A stretch of 64,000 nucleotides of DNA from Mobula hypostoma (Eukaryota), in NCBI RefSeq assembly GCF_963921235.1, contig NC_086097.1:100070001-100134000 (forward strand), read 5' to 3'. This document shows, in pieces, positions 51,039-64,000 of this stretch; position 1 is the first letter of the stretch, and each line of letters opens with the position of its first letter. The notes under the pieces are model-generated. The model was not told the DNA's origin, searched no databases, and was given only the letters and a program-made list of their open reading frames with translations. A program made the position numbers and the translations under genes.

Positions 51039-51814
51039 AAATAGGAGAGGACGATGGAGCATGGAAGAAAGGGAAGGAGTAGGAGAGCCAGAGGGTTGTG
51101 ATGGGCAGGTGAGGAGAAGAGAAGGGCTGGGAAGGTAATCAGAATGAGGAATGGAAAAGAGGGTACAGGGGTGTAACTGCTGAAAGCTAGGGAAATTGAT
51201 GTTTGTGCCATCAGGTTGGAGGCTACCCAGATAGAGCATGAAGTGTTGCTCCCCCATTGTGAGTGTGGCCTCTCCATGGCAGTAGAGGAGGCTGTGAAGT
51301 GACACATCAGAATGGGAAGACGAATTGAAATGGGTAGTCACTGGGAGATTGTGCCTTTTCTGACGTTTGCAGCAAAGTTGCTTGATGAAGCATTCCCCCA
51401 AACTCTGTCAGGTGTCATCAATTTAGAAGAGGCTGCATTAGGAGCACTGGATACAACAGATGACCAATGAGCAATTTGACTTCCCATTCCCAGACCATTC
51501 AATCTGAAGTTGAGTCCAGAAGGCTGCATGGTGCCCAGACTCAAGCAGTTCAACAGCCCACAGACACACAGATCAGAGTGGGAACTGATGGAGAGAACAA
51601 CAGAAAACTTGAGGGTTACCCTGTGGATTGAATGCAGATTCTCTGTAAAGCAATCACCTGCTTAGCTCCTCCTTTGTACTGAAGATTACATGGGGAGCCT
51701 TATACTGTCAGTCATTACGTCCATTTTTCATACATGATCCCCGATTCCTTGTTTTTCAAAACAAAAACATTGATTCAGCTTAGAACAGGTTTCAGCAATA
51801 GAGCCTCCACAATC

Positions 51815-52425
51815 TCTATTGACTGGCTGCATCACAGCCTAGTATGAAAACACCAATGCCCTTGAACAGCAAATCCTACAAAAAGTACTGGATCCAGCCC
51901 AGTCCAACACAGGTAAAGCTCTCTCCACCACTGATCACGTCTACACAGTGCATTGTCACAGGAAAACAGCATACACCTTCAGGGATCCCCCACCATCCAG
52001 GTTGTGCTCTCTTCTCATTCCTGCCATCAGAAAGAGATACTAGAGCCTCAGGACTCACATCACCAGGTTCAGAAGCAGTTACTACCCTCAAAATCCAGGC
52101 TCTTAACCAGAGGGGATAACTTCACTCAGCCTCACTTGCCCCATCATTGAAGTGTTCCCATAATCAGTGGATCTACTTTCAAGGATTTTTCATCTCATGT
52201 TCTCAATATTTATTGCTTGCTTATTTATTTGTTTATTTATTTTGTATTTGAACAGTTTGTTGTCTTTTGAACACTAGTTGAAGGCCCAAGTTGGTGCGGT
52301 CTTTCATTAATTCTATTATAATTATGATTCTATTGCGGATTTATTGCGTATCCCACAAGAAAATGAAACTTTGTGTTGTATATGGTGACATATATGTATT
52401 TTGATAATAAATGTATTTTGAACTT
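51815..52425 (+). mobile_element. Rex1/Babar 3' fragment
   Basis: TGACTGGCTGCATCAC, PHHPGCALFSFLPS; tail TGATAATAAATGTATTTTGAACTT. Confidence 0.78.
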
Positions 52426-52544
52426 AAAAATTTGGAGTAGGGAATTCCAAAGAGTTATGATATTGAGTGCAAGAATTCTCTGCATCTGACCATAATTCAC
52501 TCATCTTGCGGATCAGGCCGGGGATCAATGGCTGAACTGATTTA

Positions 52545-52782
52545 CTTATTGAGCAATAGCGTGGAACAAGTCCTTCTAGCCTTTCGAGCTGAGCCACCCA
52601 GCAACCCTCGCCTAGTCACAGGACAATTTACAATGACCAATTAACCTACCAATCGGTACTTCTTTGGACTGTGGGAAGAAACCGGAGGAAACACACACGC
52701 TTATGGGGAGAACTCCTTATAGACAACAAAGGAAATTGAACCCGGGTTGCTGGTACCATAAAATGCATTAACCACTATGCCA
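52545..52782 (-). mobile_element. V-domain SINE
   Basis: CTTTGGACTGTGGGAAGAAACCGGAG and GGACAATTTACAA blocks, related to 7822-8102. Confidence 0.72.
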
Positions 52783-55084
52783 GCTTGCTGTTATAATTAA
52801 TCAGAGGCTGTGGGCTTTGCAGGTCCTGCCAGCACTTGTCCTTAAGTTGCCCTTGAGAAGATGGTGTTGAACTGCCTTGAACTGCTACAGTCCTTGAGAT
52901 TTGGGTACAACCACAATACTGTTGGGGAGAGATTTTCAGGATTTTCATCCAGTGAGGGAACAGAGAAATATTTCCAAGTCTGGGTAGTATGCAGACATCC
53001 CACCCTGCAAAAACTTATTTCAGGGAGGTCTCAACCAGAAGTCTCAATCTCATAGCAACCTGTGGCAATGAATTTGTTAATTTTGCAAGACATCAGATTC
53101 ACAAGTGTTTTGTGAGACCGCTGACTTCTGGGTTTATAAAGTGCTGTCTAAGGACTCTTAGTGAGTTGGTGCACTATGTCCTGTGCAGGTGGTCCACATT
53201 GCTCCTGCATGTTGGTGATGGAGTGAGTGAAGGGGTTGCACATCAGCTGGGCTGGTATAACCCATCCTCTCAATGGTTGAGGAACAGCTTCTTCCCCTTT
53301 GCTATCAGATTTCTGAATGGACATTGAACCATGAACACTATCTTGATACTTTTTCTTTCTCCTTTTGCACTACTTACTTAATTTAACTTTTTAAATATGT
53401 ATTTCTTACTGTAATTTACAACAATAATAAAGTTTTTATTGTATTGCAATGTTCTGCTGCTGCGTAACAACAGATTTCATGACATATGCCGGTGGTATTA
53501 AACCTGATTCTGATTCTGTATGGCGTTGAGCTCCTTGAGTGTTGCACTCATCCAGCCAAGTGGGGAATATTCCATCACACTATTGACATGAGTGAGGAGT
53601 TAATCCTGATTTGACTTGATGTTAGTGTGAGCTCCTGGCTTTACTGTGAACTCCTGACTTGCATTAATTCACCTCCTAATCCCCCAAAAGACTCTTGAAG
53701 TGGTGTATATGGTTACTTCAGTTCAGCTTCTGGTCAATGATAAACTCCCATGACATTGATAGTAAGGGATGTAGTGGTAATACTATTGAATATCAGGGGG
53801 TGATAGCTGGACCTTCTCGCCATTGCCTCTGTGCCGCTAATGTTACTTGCAACCTGTTGGCCTAGACATGGATATTGCCTTACTGCATTTGGCTGTGGAT
53901 TGCTTCATTATTTCAGGAGTAGTGGATTGTGCTGAACATTGTGTAATCAACAACTAACATCCCTACTTCTGGATGTCTTTCACCATCAACTGAAGATAGT
54001 TAGAATTCTTGTCTAAGAACAAGCAAGTAAAGCTCATGAATCAATTCCGACCTGGACTTCCCTGCCGTACGCGATCATGATTAAAACATTTAAAATTAAA
54101 ACATTTGAGAGGTTCCAAGTCCATCCACTTGTGAATGCTAAAGATACGTGAAGCCATTTCAGCCAGAGAGCCAAGCGGTTAATGTACTTGGGCTTCATTC
54201 TGAATTCCCCACCATCAAGGAAGCTGTTCCTCAGCCAATTTGATTCACTTCATGTGAAATGGCCAAGAGCCACCGGAGCCTGAAGGGATGTACAACTGTT
54301 TCTACCCCACTTTATAGGACTATTAAATGGTTCCCTAGTACAATAAAATGGACTATTGATCTCACAATCTGCCTCATTATGATCTTGCAACTGCATTGTT
54401 AACGTTTTATCTTGTACTACTGCTGTGCACTGTGCAAAGATTTGACTTGTATGAAGAGTATACATGACAAGCTTTTCATTATATAGTATCTTGGTGCATG
54501 TGACAATAATAAGCCAGTTCCAAGCTGGATATAGCTAAGCCACTGAGATCACAACACACCCCTTTGGAATCCACATCCTCTTCAACTCTAGTTTATTATT
54601 ATTGACAGTAAGGTGGGCTGTAGAGTAATAAGACCCTTGTCCAGTTCTCTGACTGGACTTTAAAATGGTTGGTCCTTCAGTCTGCCAACCTGTAAGCAAT
54701 CTGCTTATTCCCACTCTTCCCATTTCCTTCTGCCCTTTGCTTGCTTTTCCTTCTTAATACATTACCTATAACCTTACAAGCTCTTAAATAAAACAGAAAA
54801 TGTTGGAGATACTCAGCAGGTGAGGTGGCATCTGTGGAGAGAGAAACAGTTTTCATGTTTTAGGCTATTAATTCATTGCCACATATGAATCTTTATTGAC
54901 ATGAAATGTTAAAAGTTTCTCTCTCCACGGATGCTACCTGATCTGAGTATTTTCAACATTTCCTGATTTTATTTCAGACTTCCATCATCTGCAGATTATT
55001 TTTCAGCAAGCTCTTATTTGTGTATTGTCTGTTGTGGTACATTTCAAATACCTTTTGAAAAGCCATCTACATGGTACTTGTAGG

Positions 55085-56745
55085 TTCTCACCACGTCCAC
55101 GTCCTCACCATCAATAGTAACAGAGATTCACAGCCCTAAGGCTAAAGAAATTCCTCCTCATCCTTCTGTTCTGAGGCTGTGCCCTCCAGTCCTGGACTCA
55201 CCCATTATAGGAAACATCCTTTCCATATCCATTCCATCTAGGCCTTTCAATATTCGAAAGGTTTCAATGAGATCCCGCCCCCCCCCCCATTCTTCTAAAC
55301 TCCAGCAAGTACAGGCCTAGAGACATCAAACACCTCTTTCATTCCTGTGTTCATTCTTGTGACCTCTTCTGGACCCTCCCCAATGCCAGCACTTTCTTTT
55401 GTAGATAAAGGGCCTAAAACTGCTCACAATGCTCCAAGTGTGGTATGACCAGTGCCTCATAAAGTCTCAACATTACATCCTGACTTTTATATTATAGTAC
55501 TCAAAATGAATGCTTACATTGAATTTTCCTTTCTTACCTGTGTTAACCTTTAAGGAATCCTGCATGAGGACTCCCAAGTCCCTTAGAACCTCTGATTTCT
55601 GAATTTGCTCCCTGTTTAGAAAATAATCTATGCCTTCATTCCACCTGCGAAAGTTCATGACCATACACTATATTCCACCTGCCACTTCCTTGCCCATTTT
55701 CCTAATCTGTCTTAAGTCCATCTGCAGCCTCCCTCCTTCCTCAACACTACCTGCCCCTCCACCTATCTTCGTATCATCTGCAAACTTGGCCAAAAAGCCA
55801 TCTATTCCATCACTAAAATCATTGACATATAATGTAAAAAGAAAGTGTCCCAACACACAACCCTACGGAACACCACTAGTCAGTGGCAGCCAACTAGAAA
55901 AGGATCCCTTTATTCCCACCCTTTGCCTCCTGCCAGTCAGTCAATCTTCTATCCATGCTAGTATCATGGCCTCTTGTCTTGTTTAGCAGCCTCATGTGCA
56001 GCACCTCTGAAAACCTAAGTAACCAACATCCACCGATTCTCTTTTATCTATCCCGTCTGTCATTTCCTCAAAAAGTTCCAGCAAGGTTTCTCCTTTAACA
56101 AAAAATGCGGACTTCAGCCTTTATCATGAGCCTCCAAGTACCCCAAAACCCCATCTTCAATAATGGACTCCAACACCTTACCAACCACCGAAGTCAGGCT
56201 AACTGGCCTATAGCTTCCTGTCTTTGCCTCCCACCCTTCTTAAAGGATGGAGTGACATTTGCAATTTTCCATTCCTCTGGAACCATGCCAGAATCTATTG
56301 ATTCTTGAAAGATCAGTACTAATGCCTCCAGCTCTCTGCAGTTACCTCTTTCAGTACCCTGAGGTGCAGTCCATCTGGTCCAGATGTCATATTTACCTTC
56401 AGACTTTTCAACTTCCCAAGCACCTTCTCCTTAGAAAGCAACTACACTCACTTCTGCCCTCTGACGCTTTTGAATTTCTGCCATAGTGTGAGCAATATCC
56501 ACAGGATGACAGGTGAGTTTGTCCATCATAACTTTGTATCCTATTACTGCCTCTCCAGCATTATTTACCAGTGGTCTGATATCCTCTCTCACCTCTCTTT
56601 TATTCTCGATACATCTGAGAAAACTTCTGGCTAGCTTACCTTTATATTTCATCTTTTCTCTTGTTATTGCTTTTTTAGCTGTCTTCTGTTGGTTTTTAAA
56701 GCTTCTCACGTATTTTTGCTCTATTATATGCACTCCTTTTGCAAA
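55085..56745 (-). mobile_element. Degraded CR1 ORF2 fragment
   Basis: GIDGFLAKFADDTKIGGG, RDLGVLMQDSLKV and linker KKAITREKMKY. Confidence 0.82.
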
Positions 56746-57386
56746 TGTACCTTGAGTGGATGTAGAGGTATAGTCTTCCTGTGTTATGGAGCCTACATAC
56801 AGATGTTAGGTAGACCAGATAGGGATGGATTTCCTGTGGGTGGGGATGGAATGGGGTATCTCTCCCCTACCCCAGCCATAAACACTTGGGGGTTGTGTGA
56901 GGATGAACAGAGCTGGGAGCACAGCAGACTCCCTCCCTTCCTCGTTGAGTCATTGAGGTTGGCTGCTGGCTGCTCTTCCCAGACCTGTGCCTGCTCCCTC
57001 TCTGACACACCTGACTCTATGATCCTCTGCTACACACTGTTTTTGACTTGTGAGCAGTTTGGGTTTGGAATAGTTCTTGGGCTAGGAACCATTTGATGTT
57101 CTGGGAGAGGACCTGTCCTCTGATCAAGGAGATGTGTTCCTGGGTCTTAACAGCTTGGGTGTGGAGAGGATGCTTCCTCTTGTGCGAGAATTTAGAACCG
57201 GGGTCACTGATTAAAAGTAAGATGTTGCCTAATTAAGACAAAGCTAAGATTATTTTTTTAAAGACTTGTGAATCTTTGGAACTCTTTCTATTAAAGGATA
57301 TTGGAAGCAGAGTGCTTTTAAGACAAAGGTTAACAGATTTTGCTTAACAAGAAGAAGAAAGGTTACAGGGAGTAGATAGAAATGCA

Positions 57387-57673
57387 GATAGTGTGGTGCG
57401 TGGCCAAGTGATTAAAGCGTCGGTCTAGTGATCTGAAGGTCGCTAGTTCGAGCCTCAGCTGAGGCAGTGTGTTGTGTCCTTGAGCAAGGCACTTAATCAC
57501 ACATTGCTCTGCGACAACACCAGTGCCAAGCTGTACGGGTCCTAATGCCCTTCCCTTGGACAACATCGGTGGCGTGGAGAGGGGATACTTACAGCATGGA
57601 CAACTGCTGGCCTTCCATACAACCTTGCCCAGGCCTCAGTCATCATTGAAAATCGATGGACAGCCGAAGAAGA
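57387..57673 (+). mobile_element. tRNA-headed SINE with CORE-like middle and (GAA)n tail
   Basis: A box TGGCCAAGTG, B box GTTCGAGCC, GTGTCCTTGAGCAAGGCACTTAA, tail GAAGAAGAAG; TSD AGAAATGCA at 57378-57386 and 57674-57682. Confidence 0.85.
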
Positions 57674-59817
57674 AGAAATGCACAGCTGATAATGCTCAAG
57701 GAGTTAAGTTAGTCCATTGCTCCTATTGTTTGTTTGTTCTCCCATGGGAAAATATGGATGCTCATTTTAGTTTGTTGTCATTGTGGAGAGTTATATTTTG
57801 TGTAACTTTCTGAAATGTAGTAAATTCAGATGAGACATCGATCACCATTTGTGTTACCATTATCATGAGTTAAAAGACGAGTAGCTTTCATAGTTGATGC
57901 TAATAACTCAGGCTGAAACACTTGCGCTGATCTCCTCTTTCCAGTAAATCGGTCATTGCTTTGAGATAGCAGGTGATAGTTTTCTCCAGATGATACTGCG
58001 AGTGCTGCCTTTATTATACAATCACTTTGCTTTGTGGATGAGACATTGAACCTATACAAGGTGAGACTGTCTCCCCATGGAGATGAATCATATAGGTCTG
58101 GCACTCCCCTTATACTCTTTCTCCTCTGTTACTTCTTGAATCTAGCTTCTAGTTTGAATTCTACCAAGCATTGCAAATTTTCCTAAGTGATTAAAGTGGA
58201 ACTTAATGTATTTAAATCAAATAATTGTATCTGAATCTAGCTGTAACACTTAATATTCAATTGTAAATAGTTCTTTGTGAATTTCAAAGTGCAAGCTAAC
58301 ACTGTAAATTATACTCCCAATGATACACGGAACAATAGATGTACTCAGCAGGCTTTTTGTTGTCCAAGTGCAACTTTTGTTCAAATTCCTGAAAATAAGA
58401 AATCTTCAAAAGTAGTGTTTTGTCCTAGAATAAAGAGAATAAGGGAGCGACCTGTTTTCTGCATCAGGTAATAGGAGGGCAGAAGTGTGAGTAATAGCTA
58501 CACCTGTTTCAAATATGCAGAGAAGAGAAACTAGATTAGTTTCTCAGTGAAAACACAGTAGTGGAATTTGAGAGGCATTTAGATTGGCTCATGAACATGC
58601 AGGATGAAGGGATATGGGTAATATGCAGGCAGATAGTTTCAGTTTAATCTGGCACCATGCTTGGCACGGACATGATGAACATGATGAGCTATGTGAAGCT
58701 AAGGTATGAATATTAAATGATAAACAGGAAATTACTTCCCCCTTTTACTCCATTTCCTCCTGCAAAAATTAACTTGAGTGAGTGAACGAATGATTCCACT
58801 AGCGATTGTTGTTTTTGCAACTGTCCCCCTGCCACGAAAAGTTTCGAGGAAGCTGATTAAGTTTATTCCATGCTTGTAGCTTTTGAGTACCTCTTCACAC
58901 AAGAGTTCAGGATGACTTTGGAGAATGAGTGGGTCTCCTAGCTAAAGGACAAGTCCACCTAAGGTTGTCGGTACAATTCTGATACCTGCGTCCATGAGAA
59001 ACGGTGCATGGAAGACCTGTACTCAGTAAAAATGCCCCTTGTGGGCATGAGTGAGTTTCTCCTCAACGTTTGAAGCTGGCAAGGACCATTATGATGTGGC
59101 CAGTCATTAAATTTTAGATTCTTAGCCCATTCCAGAGAAATCTAAAACTTATTACAGTTTGCCATGTTCTGTTGCTTACTGGGCCTTTCCACCTGGAGAA
59201 AGTAATGGTGGACTGGAGGACATCAGTAGGATGTAACTTTATGGCTGGCAGACTTCCCTAAAGAGCACTGTTCCACTGCCCCTTGCTGGTGTTCCAGGTA
59301 CTGAAGAATAAAATAGCATTTTTCTCATTGCTCATATGCACTTATTTAAAAAATGCACAGGCTGCCTGTTCTGAACCTGCTTAATAGATGGAGCTTTCCT
59401 TCTGCTACAATCTACACCAGCTGAATACACAGAGTAATTAGCTTGGATGTAAAACAATACAGCTAGCCTTCTATTAAAATGCACATTGCTTTTTCTTCTT
59501 GAATTGAAGACTACTGTCATCTGTACAACTTGCAGTATTGAAGGTGTTTCATTCTCAGACAACACCTCTTTGGGATAGATCGCAGTCCAGAACAGGCCCT
59601 TCAGCCCATGATGTTTGTGCTGACTGTGATGTCAATTTAAAATGCATGTGGTCTATATCCCTTCATCCCTTGTCCTGTGTAAAAATAAGTGAATAAGACT
59701 AAGGATAAAGGTATATGTGAAGTAAGAAAGAGAGAATATGTCGGTCTTTGGAAGGAAATGCGGCTCCTGTCCCCACTATCGTGAAGGAAATGTCAAAGCC
59801 CTTTAGTTTAATGTCGT

Positions 59818-62800
59818 ATTCAACAGTCCTCTCCCTGCTCAACATTTCCTCAACAACCCGCCCCCACTCAATATTCCCTCAACAGCCCTCCCCTACTCAA
59901 CATTCCCTCAACAGCCCTCCCCTACTCAACATTTCCTCAACAGCCCTCTCCCTACTCAACATTCCCTCAACAGCCCTCCCCTACTCAAAATTTCCTCAAC
60001 AGTCCACCCAACTCAACATTTCCTCAACAGCTCTCCCCCTACTCAACAATCCCTCAACAGCCCTCCCCTACTCAATATTTCCTCAACAGTCCACCCTACT
60101 CAACTTTTCCTCAACAACTCTCCCCCTACTCAACATTCCCTCAACAGCCCTCCCCTACTCAATATTTCCTCAACAGCCCTCCCCTACTCAACATTCCCTC
60201 AACAGCCCTCTTCCTACTCAACATTCCCTCAACAGCCCTCACCCTACTCAACATTCCCTCAACAGCCCTCTCCCTACTCAATGTTTCTTCGACAGCCCTC
60301 TCCCAACTCAACATTCGCTCAACAGCCCTGTCCCTGCTCATTTCCTCAACAGACCTCTAACTACTCAATATTTCCTCAACAGCCCTCTCCCTATTCAACG
60401 TTTCCTCAACAGCCCTCTCCCTACACAATATTTCCTCAATAGCCCTCCCCTACTCAATATTTCCTCAACAGCCCTCTCCCTATTCAACATTACTTCAACA
60501 GTCCACTCACTGCTCATTTCCTCAACAGCCCTCTCCCTACTCAATATTTCCTCAACAGCCCTCTCCCTACTCAACATTATTTCAACAGACCACTCCATGC
60601 TCATTTGCTCAACAGCCCTCTCCCTACTCAACGTTTCCTCAACAGCCCTCTCTCTACTCAACATTATTTCAACAGCCCACTCCCAACTCAATGTTTCTTC
60701 GACAGCCCTCTCCCAACTCAATATTCCCTCAACAGCCCTCCCCTACTCAACATTCCCTCAACAGCCCTCCCCTACTCAAAATTTCCTCAACAGTCCACCA
60801 AACTCAACATTTCCTCAACAGCTCTCCCCCTACTCAACAATCCCTCAACAGCCCTCCCCCACTCAATATTTCCTCAACAGTCCACCCTACTCAACATTTC
60901 CTCAACAACTCTCCCCCTACTCAATATTTCGTCAACAGCCCTCTCCCTACTCAACATTTCCTCAGCAGCCCTCCCCTACTCAACATTCCCTCAACAGCCC
61001 ACTCCCTCCTCAACATTTCCTCAACACCCCTCCCCACTCAACATTTCCTCAACACCCCTCCCCACTCAACATTTCCTCAACAGCCCTCCCCTACTCAATG
61101 TTTCCTCAACAGCCCTTCCCTTACTCAACATTCCCTCAACAGCCCACTCGTTGCTCATTTCCTCAACAGACCTCTCCCTACTCAACGTTTCCTCAACAGC
61201 CCTCTCCCTACTCAATATTTCCTCAACAGACCTCTCCCTACTCAACATTACCTAAATAGCCCACTCCCTGCTCATTTCCTCAACAGCCCTCTCCCTACTC
61301 AATATTTCCTCAACAGCCCTCTCCCTACTCAACATTATTTCAACAGCCCACTCCATGCTCATTTCCTCAACAGACCTCTCCCTACTCAATATTTCCTCAA
61401 TAGCCCTCTCCCTACTCAATATTTCCTCAACAGCCCTCTCCCTACTCAACATTCCCTCAACAGCCCTCTTCCTACTCAACATTCCCTCAACAGCCCTCTC
61501 CCTACTCAACATTCCCTCAACAGCCCTCTCCCTACTCAATGTTTCTTCGACAGCCCTCTCCCAACTCAACATTCGCTCAACAGCCCTGTCCCTGCTCATT
61601 TCCTCAACAGACCTCTCCCTACTCAATATTTCCTCAACAGCCCTCTCCCTATTCAACGTTTCCTCAACAGCCCTCTCCATACACAATATTTCCTCAATAG
61701 CCCTCCCCTACTCAATATTTCCTCAACAGCCCTCTCCCTATTCAACATTACTTCAACAGCCCACTCCCTGCTCATTTCCTCAACAGCCCTCTCCCTACTC
61801 AATGTTTCCTCAACAGCCCTCTCCCTACTCAATATTTCCTCAACATACCTCTCCCTACTCAACATTACCTAAATAGCCCACTCACTGCTCATTTCCTCAA
61901 CAGCCCTCTCCCTACTCAATATTTCCTCAACAGCCCTCTCCCTACTCAACATTATTTCAACAGCCCACTCCATGCTCATTTCCTCAACAGCCCTCTCCCT
62001 ACTCAACGTTTCCTCAACAGCCCTCTCTCTACTCAATATTTCCTCAACAGCCCTCTCCCTACTCAACATTATTTCAACAGCCCACTCCCAACTCAATGTT
62101 TCTTCGACAGCCCTCTCCCAACTCAATATTCCCTCAACAGCCCTCCACTACTCAACATTCCCTAAACAGCCCTCCCCTACTCAACATTTCCTCAACAGCC
62201 CTCTCCCTACTCAACATTCCCTCAACAGCCCTCCCCTACTCAAAATTTCCTCAACAGTCCACCCAACTCAACATTTCCTCAACAGCTCTCCCCGTACTCA
62301 ACAATCCCTCAACAGCCCTCCCCACTCAATATTTCCGCAACAGTCCACCCTACTCAACATTTCCTCAACAACTCTCCCCCTACTCAATATTTCGTCAACA
62401 GCCCTCTCCCTACTCAACATTTCCTCAGCAGCCCTCCTCTACTCAACATTCCCTCAACAGCCCACTCGTTGCTCATTTCCTCAACAGACCTCTCCCTACT
62501 CAACATTCCCTCAACATCCCTGTCCCTGCTCATTTCCTCAACAGACCTCTCCCTACTCAATATTTCCTCAACAGCCCTCTCCCTACTCAATATTTCCTCA
62601 ATAGCCCTCCCCTACTCAATATTTCCTCAACAGCCCTCTCCATACTCAACATTCCCTCAACAGCCCTCTTCCTACTCAACATTCCCTCAACAGCCCTCTC
62701 CCTACTCAACGTTTCCTCAACAGCCCTCTCCCTACTCAACATTCCCTCAACAGCCCTCTCCCTACTCAATGTTTCTTCGACAGCCCTCTCCCAACTCAAC

Positions 62801-64000
62801 ATTCGCTCAACAGCCCTGTCCCTGCTCATTTCCTCAACAGACCACTCCCTACTCAATATTTCCTCAACAGCCTTCTCCCTATTCAACATTACTTCAACAG
62901 CCCACTCCCTGCTCATTTCCTCAATAGCCCTCCCCTACTCACTATTTCCTCAACAGCCCTCTCCCTATTCAACATTACTTCAACAGCCCACTCCCTGCTC
63001 ATTTCCTCAACAGACCTCTCCCTACTCAACGTTTCCTCAACCGCCCTCTCCCTACTCAATATTTCCTCAACAGACCTCTCCCTACTCAACATTACCTAAA
63101 TAGCCCACTCCCTGCTCATTTCCTCAACAGCCCTCTCCCTACTCAATATTTCCTCAACAGCCCTCTCCCTACTCAATATTTCCTCAACAGCCCTCTCCCT
63201 ACTCAACATTATTTCAACAGCCCACTCCATGCTCATTTCCTCAACAGCCCTCTCCCTATTCAACGTTTCCTCAACAGCCCTCTCTCTACTCAATATTTCC
63301 TCAACAGCCCTCTCCCTACTCAACATTATTTCAACAGCCCACTCTATGCTCATTTCCTCAACAGCCCTCTCCCTACTCAATATTTCCTCAACAGACCCCT
63401 CTCTACTCAACATTACCTCAAAACCCCTACTCAAATTCCTCAACACTCCCTGCTCATTCCCTTCTCCTCAAACAGCCCTCTCCCCTCTCCCTCAACAGCC
63501 CTTCCCTCTCATTTCCTCAACAATCAACAGCCCACTCCCTGCTCATTTCCTCAATAGCCCTCCCCTACTCACTATTTCCTCAACAGCCCTCTCCCTATTC
63601 AACATTACTTCAACAGCCCACTCCCTGCTCATTTCCTCAACAGACCTCTCCCTACTCAACGTTTCCTCAACCGCCCTCTCCCTACTCAATATTTCCTCAA
63701 CAGACCTCTCCCTACTCAACATTACCTAAATAGCCCACTCCCTGCTCATTTCTTCAACAGCCCTCTCCCTACTCAATATTTCCTCAACAGCCCTCTCCCT
63801 ACTCAACATTATTTCAACAGCCCACTCCATGCTCATTTCCTCAACAGCCCTCTCCCTATTCAACGTTTCCTCAACAGCCCTCTCTCTACTCAATATTTCC
63901 TCAACAGCCCTCTCCCTACTCAACATTATTTCAACAGCCCACTCTATGCTCATTTCCTCAACAGCCCTCTCCCTACTCAATATTTCCTCAACAGACCCCT
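59818..64000. repeat. C-rich ~30-bp satellite array with higher-order blocks, running off the window end
   Basis: Consensus TTTCCTCAACAGCCCTCTCCCTACTCAA(C/T)A with shorter variants. Confidence 0.97.

Noticed and set aside
57391..57465. tRNA gene
   Set aside because: It is the head of a SINE with body, tail and TSD; no poly-T terminator follows it.
57990..58060. AG...GT-bounded candidate for dpf exon 2
   Set aside because: Immediate stop in the required phase and no d4-family similarity.
59748..63980. Long ORFs (up to 503 aa) with PQQPSPYSTF / LLNISSTALS repeats, superficially gliadin- or mucin-like
   Set aside because: Open in several frames because the G-poor 30-bp unit rarely makes stops; frames shift with unit-length variants; no gene context.

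Overview
Eukaryotic, very repeat-dense vertebrate DNA; the repeat families (CR1 with (GTTTCTAT)n tails, V-domain SINEs, Neptune-type Penelope elements, Rex1/Babar) suggest a cartilaginous fish, probably a ray (inference). Only one host-gene element is recognisable: a CpG-island promoter at about 13.7-14.9 kb followed by a 32-nt first coding exon (14313-14344, MAAVIHNPLK-S, donor GTAAGT) of a d4-family BAF subunit gene (dpf1 favoured over dpf3). I could not find exon 2, so the remaining ~49.6 kb is probably intron 1. Nearly everything else is nested retroelements: young and old CR1 LINEs, Penelope-like elements with inverted arms and minimal hammerhead ribozyme motifs, an RT-less sushi-like Ty3/gypsy element with both LTRs and a 5-bp TSD, an L1 3' fragment, Rex1 fragments, RTE-derived short elements, SINEs and hAT MITEs. 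There are also several minisatellites and a >4.1-kb C-rich ~30-bp satellite at the right end. The most promising unexplained signal is a covarying structured-RNA motif at the exact 5' end of two otherwise unrelated short RTE-derived elements. Boundaries of degraded repeats are approximate and all alignments and folds were done by eye.
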